Positions 1-11,164 of a stretch of 64,000 nucleotides of DNA are shown in pieces. The notes beneath the pieces were generated by a model that had not been told where the DNA came from, did not search any database, and saw only the letters and a list, made by a program, of their open reading frames with translations. The stretch's first letter is position 1, and every line of letters begins with the position of its first letter. The stretch is from contig JAHLWZ010000811.1 in the NCBI GenBank assembly GCA_020536535.1, forward strand, positions 58,389 through 122,388, in the 5' to 3' direction. The position numbers were made by a program, and so were the translations under genes. This DNA is from Pelomyxa schiedti. Taxonomy: Eukaryota; Protista; Evosea.

Positions 1-34
1 GGGCGAGGAGCAGGTATGCGGCGAGGTGCCTCAT
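1..34 (-). CDS. RPLP2: 60S acidic ribosomal protein P2, 5' end (runs off the window)
   Basis: The reverse complement of 1-34 reads ATG AGG CAC CTC GCC GCA TAC CTG CTC CTC GCC = MRHLAAYLLLA, the typical N-terminus of P2. Only 11 codons are visible. Confidence 0.8.
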   Translation of the reverse strand, partial: MRHLAAYLLLA

Positions 35-333
35 TGTGGGATGGATCACAAAAAAAACGATCGAGCGAGAGTGACGGCCTAGCGGCGCCGAGTAATGCGA
101 AAAAGGTTTGTTTGGAAAGAAAAGAGCCGCCGAAACTTGAAAGGGAAAAAAAATGAAGAGCAATTGGTTTTCGGACTGACGTACTGAGTTCAGATGGCGC
201 CTGCAGTCGGCAGTGGATCTGCCGCAGTCCTTCGTCTCCTTTGGGCGTAGACAAAGTGCTTGAGTTGAAGTTTGGGACTGGCGGAGGATAACAGAAGCTG
301 AAACAGGTGATTAGGTGAAACAGTATACGCCGT

Positions 334-3300
334 ATGCCGGACACGTGCCGAATCGGCAGCCTGCAGGCAACTTGTGTGAAATTTTTGGCTACCAACGAGA
401 AAAGCCCGCTGTTGAGTGCTGATGTTGTCTCCCTCCGCGGCGGGTGCTTGCCGTCCTCTGCGCTTCCGCAATTATGGGACCAAGCTGAAGCAAACTCTTC
501 TCGTGGCTTGGGTGCATTCCTTTTTACAACTTTCACTCGATTTGAGTCCAATCAACATTACCCAACGAAAATAACAAAAACCAAAACCAAAAAACACCAG
601 ATTCCGTAGGAGCACGGGTGATTCTCAATTTGTTGGAAAATATCCCGTCTCTGGCATCTCAACTTTGTCAACAGACTGGAGGTCCAATACATATGGCCCA
701 TTGTTGTCACATTGATATCATGCAGGCATTTGCTCGCTCACAGATTGTTCCTTCCACAGAAACAGTAACTTTCTAGTATCGTTAATAATATCTCATTAGC
801 AAGTTCTTCACTGGTTAGATCAAACTTGATTTCTCCAAGTCTGTTGATCTTTCTGATTCTTGTGTGATGGCCCTTCTGTGCTCTGAGCGCATTTCTTTAC
901 TGAGAATTGCTTCCCTTCGCTTCTCTGAATGCAATTCCATTACTGACTCAAGCTTCTCTTGTAAGTCTAGCATTTTTAAAGACTGTATTCACATTTTGTT
1001 GCAGTTGTTCAAAATCTAAGTGGTCTGCTTTTTTTTTTTCCCCACTTTCTTCCTTCTTTTGCCGTTTACTTCTCGTAGAAACTCTAGAGGAACTTGATTT
1101 CAAAGGATGCCAATTTCTAACTGACCAAAGCATTAGTTCTGTACTTCAGAACTGTAGACAGTTGATGTACCTTGACCTATCCAAAACATGTGCTTCTAAT
1201 ACTTCTGTACGAATAGCTATGGAGAGGTAACCCCGTTGTTGGTGGTAAGCACTGATAGAAAACAGATGCTGGAACATGCAGTTCCTGACCCTAGAGTCAG
1301 GCTTTATAACTGATTCCATTCTTCCTACAAGCCCTCATCCTAGACTCAGGTCATTGATTATAAACAGAAAGTAGGAAAAAGCTGCTAAAGATACTTTGTT
1401 ATGTTAATGAAATACCTTCACAGTGACGATTTTGTTGAGGCAAAAATTTCGGATAGATTCCTTGAATTAATTCCTGCAAGGTAATGTGTCATCTCCACAT
1501 CTATGAATGAATGCAGAAAATGACTCCATATAAATCTAGTTTCCCTATGCTGGAGAAGCTAGAAATATGTGATGGTCATTTCACAATCCCCGTAATATTA
1601 AAGACTGTACAATCTCTGACCCACCTTGAAGTCTGCTGCTTTCCAACCTTTGCAGACCTTAAACTGCATATATCTCTGCTTGCTCGTAACACGACAACAC
1701 TAAAAATTGATGGAACTTGGAATGATGAGGGGACACTTGACTTGCAATATATACCTTGTGGACACCTTGCCCAATTGTTGTGTGTTAATATCAAAAATAT
1801 CACTGTTTTGAACCTTGAATGCTTATCTCTCTGCCGGAGGGCATCTACTCTCAAACTTTATTCTGTCACTGGTAGTGAGAAGTCACCACTATCTTTAATG
1901 CAGTCCATTGCACAATCAGTACAAGGCATTACTAAACTTTCTCTGGGAGGGTGTTGTATGGCTTATGCTGATAGTCAATTATTACTGGACTTGTTGCCTT
2001 CCTTGAAGGAAATCACTTTGGGTGTTACTTGTACTGGAACTGGAAGACCCTTTTTTTTCACCCACCAATGTGTAGAAAACATTGACATTACATTGAAACC
2101 GACACGGGCGCGGGATGTGGCTCCTGTAGTGCAATTTCTCTGTTCGCGGCTCACCACCCTGAAGTTCCTTTTCATAGTAAAGGTAACCAGTCACGTTCTG
2201 CAAACAATTGTTGGATTACTTCCAGTTAATCTGAGTTGTTTACTGTTGTCTGGATACAATATGCCAAAGACCACTATTTCACTGCGGCGCCTTACTTCAC
2301 TGAAAAGGTTTGAGGCGCCATTCTCTGTGAACTGTTATGACTACAGCGCATTGCATATTCCTGGCACATTGGAGTTCGAGGAAAAAGATATCACGACTTT
2401 CCCACTGGATTCCGTAGCCAACTTACATACATTACACCTTTTTAATGCTCCGGTGCGCGAAACGGAAATTCAAGCTTTGGGGAAGATGCTTTTTCTCAGG
2501 GATCTGGACATTACCAATAATTGCATTCTGAAAAGTTTTATATTGTCACATCCAACTCTCCATCACATTAGGCTCCTCCACGTCAATGAAGCGGAAGTGT
2601 TTATGCTGGATTGCCCACAACTTATTTCTCTAGATATAGATGGTTGTGCAAAAATAGCCAATCAAGTAGCTGGGAATATTGTGCATTACAATACTCCAAA
2701 TTTGAGATACCTTCGTTGTATAATGACAACTTCTTTTGTAAGCCATTTAGTTTCCACTATCTTATGGGTTTTTTTTTATTTATGCAAGGAATTTGACGGA
2801 AATGAATACAAGAGTTGGCACCTCCCTCCCGAGACTTTCTCTATAAACGCTCTCCCAACCAATTTAATATCGTTGGAGTTGATGAATACCATCCGAATTT
2901 TACCTGAGGTTCAGTCCTCCTTCTAACGAGGTTACTCCAACTAACCTTCACCCAGATCAGGCTCACCAACCCAAACTACAAAATTGGGTGTCTGACACTT
3001 TGCGGGTGCTATATGCTTGAAACAATAACAATAGCTCTGCCGCACCTTTACGATTTCAATGTGAGGAGATGCCCCCGGCTCAGAGACATCACGATTCTGG
3101 CTTCCGGCGAAATTGTGAGGATGGGTATATGCCAAGTGCAGGAGAATTTTACACTGAACCTCGGCGAAGACGTTTCATGCCTCAGAGTTCTGGACTTCCA
3201 GAATCCCTTTGTTTTCACTCCAGAATTTGTTGCTCATTTGACATCACACCCCACATTGGCACTCTCACTGGAGTACCTTGAAATTCCACGGCCCCCAGAA

Positions 3301-3375
3301 ACTATGGACCTCCAATCCTGGTTCCGAAATATCTCTGGGGTATGCCCCTTGGCCAAGATCCACGTAAACAGTTGA
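334..3375 (+). CDS. Leucine-rich repeat protein (AMN1/FBXL-type LRRs) with an N-terminal BC-box-like motif, multi-exon
   Basis: LxxLxLxxC repeats (LEELDFKGCQFLTDQSI, LMYLDLSKT, LISLDIDGC) in ORFs 907-1230, 1511-2926 and 3013-3375, joined by short GT-AG introns. The N-terminus has SLQATCVKFLA...LP. Confidence 0.8.
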
Positions 3376-3561
3376 ACAAAACAACACGCTTTCGTTTTCT
3401 CAACATCACGATCGACCTAAAGCCAGGGCTGACCCCGAAATACATTTCCTTTTTGTCTATTATCAGATTTTGTGCTGGTTAAAGTTAACTTTTTCTTTCC
3501 CGGTTATCCGAAGTGAAGAATGTTCAACAATTTTTGATTAATCGGGGAACAAAGTACACGA

Positions 3562-5798
3562 ATGAGCACCAAGCCGATGTCGCCCAGGACCCCACAACCG
3601 GGGAATAATGCCAATCCGACTCCAATTCCCTCTGTTGCTTTGTGTCCTCTGACGCCACAGCAACAGCAAAATTTCCTCATGCTTCAGCAACAACAGCAGC
3701 AACGGCTGTTGCAACAACAACTTCTGATGCAACAAGCAAGGCAAAACATGTCTCCGTCATTGCAGCAGCAACAAATGCAGTCCCAAGCCGTGATTTTGCA
3801 GCAGCAGTTGCTCATTCAGCAGCAACAGGCCATGTTGATACAACAACAGCAGCGCCAGCAGCAAAGCCAGGTGCTAAATTGCTACGGAGTGGATAGTGGT
3901 GCCTTCAACAATTTCAGCACCTACGGCAGCACTGCGTCGTCCGCGTCGCCGTTCGGGGTTATGGGAGTGATGCCGCAGATGTCAATATGCAATTCCATCG
4001 GACCGCCGCCCAGTTCCACCTTTCTATCTTCAGTGGGCCCGCCTCCTTCGGTCTCGTCTGTCTATGGCCGACCCACAATGAATTACAGGAGGGCACCGCA
4101 GCTTCAACAAATTGCTGCTACAAATGGGTCCGCACTTATGTCAGTAAGGTAAAATATCATCTTCTATACTTCTCGGTCCCTGAGGCCAGGTAACTTCAAA
4201 AAAAGATTGGTCAACAACGCCTCTCCTGCAACTATTCCCTCTGGCTTGTGTATGCCTTCACCAAGTAACTCTTCGTATGTCCGACCCATTTCCATTTCGT
4301 CTGAGCATGTTCAGGGCTTTCCAACAAAAGTTCTCCCAATTTAGTCAAATGACCCAAATGCGTCAATTGCAGCAACAACAAACTCCAGCAGCGGTAAACA
4401 AAATAGCACCCATCTTCTTTGCTTCTTACTATTATTCTCAGACACCCACCAATACTACTCCTGTTCGTGTTCATTCAACTCCAACTGCTTCAAGTGCACC
4501 AGTATGTTACTGACTTCCTCCAAGAAATCTAATAGTAAAAATCAAGATAGCTATACCTAAAAAAAAGGAACCAGCTAAGCCTGGATATCCTACTACTAGT
4601 AGACCTGCCTCACACCCACCAAATCCCCCCACCAAATCTTCAACACCCACACTAGCTCCTTTGAAGATGTCTGCAAAAGAAGTACTTTGCTCCTCCATTC
4701 AGTGAAAGTACTTACGTATGTAGGTTAAAACTTTCGATTCTGTCTGGTTGAAGTTAATCAAAAAACTGGAAAATACAGTAACAACAGAATTTTGGCCTAT
4801 CTTAACCGAAATAGGAAGGTACTATCCCCCAGTCTTTGGCATTAACATCTAATCCACTGTACCGTTAAGACAGGAGAACCATCAGTTGAATGAACCCATG
4901 TTGGCAAACCTTGAAGACTGTAAAAAAAAAATACTTGCAATTCCGAAATTGGGGACTGTGGGAGCAGCACCCACTGTACTCGATTGTGTATCTAGTTGTA
5001 CAGGTATGCCCTGACAAAAAAATGTGAATATTCATTGGTAAACCAAGAAAAAACTGTTGAGGATTTCCTCAAATTATACAAAGACTTGAGATCGGCTGGC
5101 ACATGGCTGGACGACTCCATTTTTGAATACACAATGGAGCAACTTCACGCCACGCTGTGGCCAAAGTATTGTAGAGAAGTATCTTGCCTCTAATAATTTT
5201 GTTTGTTCTTATTCTTTAAGTATGTAGATGAAGACCATAAACATAACACTAAAATTCGAAGTTTGCCTGAAATAACACCAGCACACCTTGGTGTTGCCCA
5301 AAAATTTTGGTTATTTGACCCAGACAAAGGTGAAATGGTATTTGTGCAAAAACTTCACATAAATATATTCAATGTCTACCTTTAGAGTGCAGACAATTCT
5401 TACGCGAGCGCTATTGAGGGTATGGATATGGCTCTCTTCTCTCAGGAGTAACGAATATTAACCTGCAACACAGCTATCCACCTTATCTCGAAAAAGGATT
5501 CACCTGCGAAAAAAGTAGATTGCCTAGTGAAAGTTGGTCATGAAATTTCCTGTTGCATTCGTGAATATTGGGGAAATGAATACTCTTCTGAAAAATTTTC
5601 TCTGTTTGTCTGTCTTATTCCTACTGCCTCTTACATAATCCAGGGCAGCGGATGACTTTTTACCACTTTTTGCTTTTGTAACAATACGAAGTAACCCTGA
5701 TCATCCCTTCACAGGTAATTTTTGAAATACGACTTTTCACTAACTGCAATATAAAGCAAGTAAATACATGGAAGATTTCCTTCGTGACATTGAACTAA
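3562..5798 (+). CDS. Hypothetical protein: Q-rich and P/S/T-rich N-terminus, unrecognised globular C-terminal region, multi-exon
   Basis: Poly-Q first exon (3562 to ~4148), then co-directional coding fragments (4277-4513, 4996-5193, 5203-5385) separated by intron-like GT..AG segments. The 3' end is approximate. Confidence 0.6.
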
Positions 5799-5909
5799 CA
5801 GGAGAAAGAGTACACCCTCTAAAAAAAAAAAAAACCAAACAAACAAAAGTGTAACTTCACGAAAAAGGGGTATATGCTAGTCACGTTCCAGACATGTCTT
5901 GCATTTATA

Positions 5910-6419
5910 ATGGAACTCAACAATGAAGAGGTCTTGCACCCTTCCCCACCCAAAATACAGGCAACACCCGAGTCACGCCCAAAAACCGGCGAGTCATCAC
6001 CCGCACATTCACCGCCCTACATCACCACGCAGGATGTGTCATCATCCCCGAAGCGGGCTACATCCACCTGGACAAGCGGGCATAAGAAGACATCATCCCG
6101 CGTTCATGACATCAACTTCTCGCAGCAGCGGCTGTCGTCGTCGCCGAGCGAGTGGGAGCCGGCCCCCACCGACCTGGCCGACGACGGCACGCCATCGCCG
6201 ACCACCACCAGCCCATACAACAGCACCCAGCACACTTCTACGTACTCGATACACATACCACCCGCCAGCCTCCATTCGCTGCCTGCAGCACCCCCCCTAT
6301 TGCCACCACCACCTCCACCACAGCTGCCGCAACAGCAACAGCAACAGCAGCAACTTCCCATCCCCTCGTACAACCCACCACCACTTCCCACACAACCGGC
6401 CCCAACACAACTGCCTTGA
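5910..6419 (+). CDS. Orphan low-complexity S/P/T/Q-rich protein
   Basis: Single ORF (ATG at 5874 or 5910) with the same composition as first exons of neighbouring genes. No domain is recognisable. Confidence 0.4.
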   Translation: MELNNEEVLHPSPPKIQATPESRPKTGESSPAHSPPYITTQDVSSSPKRATSTWTSGHKKTSSRVHDINFSQQRLSSSPSEWEPAPTDLADDGTPSPTTTSPYNSTQHTSTYSIHIPPASLHSLPAAPPLLPPPPPPQLPQQQQQQQQLPIPSYNPPPLPTQPAPTQLP

Positions 6420-6638
6420 TGCAACCAACCCCAACTCACCTCCCTCACTATTCACTATTCGCTGTGCTCTAGTGTGCACAGTGGCCCTGTACAAATCCCC
6501 CAAACTACAACACGATGAAAGGGCTCTCAGTGGAGAGTCCCTCATCACAAGCGAATTCTTTTTTTTCCCGATTTCCAGTAACACACACAACAACCCTCAC
6601 AGCAAGAACAAAAAAAACGTTCCCAAACAACCGACGCG

Positions 6639-8170
6639 ATGAGTGACGACCGAAACAACGGTTCGACAGCAGCCACGGGATATGGTGGGACATGGACTCC
6701 CAGAAGGCGAATGCTTGCAGCCTTGGACCGAAACGGCGTTCCTGATCGACTGCCCGCCACAACGCATCACGTGATGCCTTATTTTCTCAAAAAATACATG
6801 GGTGGCATTCCCTACCGCAAATTCTTCGATATTATGGGACTGGATGCTTACACGTGGGCCACACCCCATGTCCCTGACCCCTCAAAAGGCTAGTTTGAAG
6901 TCATCCTTCACCCTTTTTTGTAGATGAATTTTATAGACATCTTGCAGCTGGAATTTGATGCTTTAAAACAATTTAACTTACTGAAGGTGAATTCTCTGAT
7001 CCTCTGCAAGGTGACCCTGGATTTTTGGAATCCAGGAGAGTGAGTACAAATTCCTGGCGTGTGCATGAAGAAGTCCTACCAAAGCAAGACTACCACACAG
7101 TTCGGTACACTTTCGTCACTCCCAAAGGCAACTTGTCCATGGTCACTCAGACCAATGACCATACTACCTGGTGTTCTGAGAAGTTGATCAAAAACAAGGT
7201 AAACCGTGTAGAACTAACTAGCTACTACGGACTTACTGACCAACTTACCAAGACTGATGTGGACCTTATTGATGAATTCTGCCCTGCTCCGAAGTGTGAT
7301 GTGGCTGCCGTTAATCGAGTTGCGGCTGATTTCGGGGAACGTGGTTTGGTACGAGGACACATGTTAGTACTGGCAGTATTTCTCTTTGTATCCTTGCTGA
7401 TTCAGCTACTAAACTTCCAGCTAGAGCTTGTTTTGATGTATTTGGGCAGCCTGGTTGCTGGCAAGACGCAGCTTGTTTGTATGGAATTGACAAATTGATC
7501 TACGAGTGTTATGATGACCCTGACTGGGTACACAAGTTCCTCAGAATTCTACAAAGGAGGAAACTGGTCTATGCCAACTCACTCAGAGGTTGGTTGTGAC
7601 TCCTTCACTTTTTGTTCTTACTTATATTCGTACACTCAGGAGCCAAATATGACCTGGTTGAACTTGGCGGTGGCGACGCATCTTCCACTGTAATATCACC
7701 AAAGATATTTGATAAGTTTGTGGCCCCTTATGACACCGAGATAATCAAAGCCTGTCACGCCAACGGTGTTAGAGTTGTCTACCACACATGTGGCGGTAAA
7801 AACCAATAACCCCATAAAAAACCCCAACTTAGCAGAACTTCCAGGAATGATGCCAATGCTAGAACACATACTCACCATGCAGCCTGATGCCATGGAGACA
7901 TTCACACCACCAGGAATGGGAGGGGACGTGGACCTAGCCGCGGCCAAGAGGATCATACGAGGGCGGGCCTGCATGATAGGCGGATTCGACCAGCAACAGT
8001 TCTTTGCTAACAGCACGCCGGATGAGACGCGGGCAGAGGTAAGGAGGTGCTTCCAGGCTGCGGGTTCTGGTGGTGGCTTCATACTCAGCCCCTCGGATCA
8101 CTTTTTTGATGCTAGGGTGGAGCTACTGCAGGCTTTTGCTGATGAGGCTACAAAATGTACCTACTGTTAA
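6639..8170 (+). CDS. Uroporphyrinogen decarboxylase / MtaA-CmuA methyltransferase (URO-D superfamily) protein, 6 exons
   Basis: Spliced product contains TPRRRMLAAL...PDRLP, GQPGCWQDA, YDDPDWV, ISPKIFDKFVAPYD, YHTCG, CMIGGFDQ and GGGFILSPSDH, the TIM-barrel signature of prokaryotic URO-D-like proteins. Confidence 0.88.
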
Positions 8171-8235
8171 CTCCAAGAAAAGACTGGTGGGGACTTTGTT
8201 TTTGATCCAAAATGGTCACTTGTTTATTTTTTTGC

Positions 8236-10973
8236 CTATGTAGGGCTGTAGAGTTCGTGCAGTTGTTTGCACTGGGAGAGTACGAAGCGAACTCCAGTGG
8301 AAGTTACGTGCTTGCATCCATTGAGGTCAAGCTTGGCGAGATGTGGAAGCGTGCCACCGGCTATGTAGAGGAGTGCCGTGTCACTTACTCCAGCACAGCC
8401 AAAGAGAGACAAGTCCGTGAGGGTAGTGCAGTTGTTGGCAATGTGCCTCACACCTTCGTCGGTGACTGCTGACTCGTCGAGGTGCAATACAGTGAGAGTA
8501 TTCATTACTCCCGGAAGGTTCTTGACTTGGTCATCACCTATGTGACCACCACACTGCAATTCCAACTTTTGTAATCTGAGGGGGTGAGTTGTAACTGAGA
8601 AAAGATAAAATACCGTGGGCACATAGCAGAGATTGCCTGGAGGGAGTAATCGTCATCCAATTCAAGAGAAAGTGAAGTCAAATTCGAACATACACTTATA
8701 AAGGCCGAGAAATTACTGGGGAGTACTGGCAGGAACCTGGAATGTGTTTAACTTCAATTATCAGGGATGGAGGTGTGTTGTGGTTTACTTGGTGATCCGT
8801 AGTTCTTTTAGATTGGCGAAGGACCGCACAGCCATTTCCAAAGCTCCCTCTGTGAAGGATGAACACATCTCAAGCTTGAGTGATCTTAAGGCGGTACATT
8901 GAACCAAATTTACTAACGTCAAATCCGTCATATTTGAGTTGCACACTAGGTCTAGGTGCCGAAGGTTTTTGCAGAATCTATGCACTATTATCTAGTGTCA
9001 AACATAAAACACGAAAACCTTGTAAGGTGTTTCACAGATGTATCAGTCAACATAGGGCACCTCCTGGAGTGTGTGAGCGTGAGATTGGGAGATGGCAAAT
9101 TACAAATTTAAATGTCTAATCGGAGCTGAGGCTAGTAACAATGTAATAGCGGCATGGGAAACATCTTCACAACGCAATGTCAGCTTTCGCAAATTTTTGC
9201 ACGTTTTGGAGAAAGGAACAATTCCAGCATCAGTGACTTGTTTGCTAGTGGTGATCACAGAAAATTCTTGTAAATCAGTACAACTGCGTGATAGATCTGC
9301 CATGGGGCTGTCTGTTATCCCCTCTAAGAAAGATTAAACAAAAGCCGTCAGTTGAATGTGCCAACCTCCAAAAATTTGTAGGGTTAGTAAATTGAGATGC
9401 AGCTTTGACAACAATGCGAGAGATACATCAGATACGAGATAGAGTGAAATATGTTTCAATCCTTGAAAATAGCCTGCCTTTGCAACCATGGCAAGCTGCA
9501 AGTCCCCAAAAACTTTTAACACTCTCCTAAACATGAGATTGAGCTTTTCACGAAAGGGAACATTCAAGAGAAAGGAAACACCATAGTGATGAATGGCGCG
9601 CAACATCTTTCCACCTGCGACATACACTCTGAACCATAACGCGGTCAGATATAGACAACTGCCAAAATACACGCAGTAACAGTTCAGGAGGAAGTGCCAA
9701 GATTTCAACTGTGGCTTTGGGTATCTTGTGTATGCGTGAGACGAGAGGAAAAGTGCAAAGATGGGAACTCTACCAACAGGGCACTAGAACTCGAGGGAGG
9801 GGATGTTGCTTCTGAAGTATTGCCACCGTGGGAGCCGTTTGAGGCTAGCAATGACTTGTATAGAGACAGTTGTTTCTCCAGGTCGGAAACCCGCTCAAGT
9901 AGCGCTACACATCTAGTGCACTTGTGGTGTGTTGGAAGACAAGTTGAGCTAGGGTACTGGGCGCGAACCTGAAGTACAGGTGTGTGAGAGTTTTTGGGTG
10001 GCGATTGTGGAAGCACAGGGAAAACTTGGTGCTGGGTGAGACCTGGGGAGGGCATAAAAACTCTATGAGAGTTGATGTCGGAATTTTGGACTTGCAAGGG
10101 TGGTGGTGAACTTAAATGGATAGGTGGGAGCCCCTGCTTCTCAGAAGTCTTGCGATGGCGATGCACGTGCTTCGTTATATAAGTGGGTGTATGCATACGG
10201 TGTTGCATTGGAAATTGATTACATTGTGGACTTGTAGAAATTGGTATAGGAGAGCCTGGCAAACCTCTAGGTCCTCGCATGCCCGCATATTCCACTACAC
10301 CAACATGATTGCTCTCCATAGTCGTTACTTGGCCAGTTTGGTCACCTGTGGCACCTGTGATTGTTGGGATCGTTGATTGGAGCGCTAGGGATGTGGATGT
10401 AAATGACATTTGCGGAAATGTTGTCTCTGGCATCAACTTCTCAGAGGGGGTGTCAGAGCCCCCCTCATTGGAGAAGTTAATCTTGCCATCGTCACCGAGA
10501 CTGGAAATCACACTCCCCGGACTGTCTCCTATATCGAGACTACTTGTTGTGCTGCTTCCGGTATCGTTGCCATTGTCCCCAATAGTCTTAAGTACCTCTG
10601 TAGGGGTACTGTTTGAAGTCGAAGTGCTGTTACTGGTTGGGTATTCTGCGCCAATAGAGTTTTCACCAGCATTGTCCACATCGCCCTGGGAGTACATCGA
10701 ATGTGCTCCTCGCAGCAGAGACAAGGAGACGGAGCCTGGGTCTCGTGCTTGCTCGACGGCACTGCCGTTGGTCATTGGAGGCGATAAGGCATCGTGGTTA
10801 CCCAAACGAAGGCCGATTTTGTATCGCTTCCTTTGTCTCTGTTGCGGTAGTTCCTGTCTATCGTCTGTTGCCTGCGGCACGTTACTAGCAACATCTTCCC
10901 TGCCTTTCGCACTCCCAACGGCCTCTTCTTTGCCTTGGTTGTCTGGATCTGGGTCGTTGTCTCCACCGTCCAT
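8236..10973 (-). CDS. F-box/LRR-repeat protein with a long low-complexity N-terminus
   Basis: F-box motif LALPPELLLRVFWQLSISDRVMVQSVCRRWKDVA at ~9600-9705, followed by Cys-containing LRRs (LTDLSLFGCAGVSD, LAKLDLNGCKHVT). Confidence 0.9.
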
Positions 10974-11164
10974 CGGTTTTTTTTTTATTTTTTGTTCCGT
11001 TTGTTTTTGGCGGCCGTTTGTTTGAGAAGGGAGGCAGGTGATCCGGGGAGTTACATCAAAAATAGAACGGGGAGTGCACCAAAGGGATAAGAGTGGAGGA
11101 AAAAAAAATACATTGTGCCTCTTTTGTGTTTTTCCCTTGGAAGTGGGTGTGTACAAGTGATAAA

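Noticed and set aside
6891-6893. In-frame TAG in a methyltransferase-like gene suggesting pyrrolysine or readthrough
   Set aside because: The sequence after the TAG is intron-like with further stops, and a GC-AG intron explains the frame cleanly.
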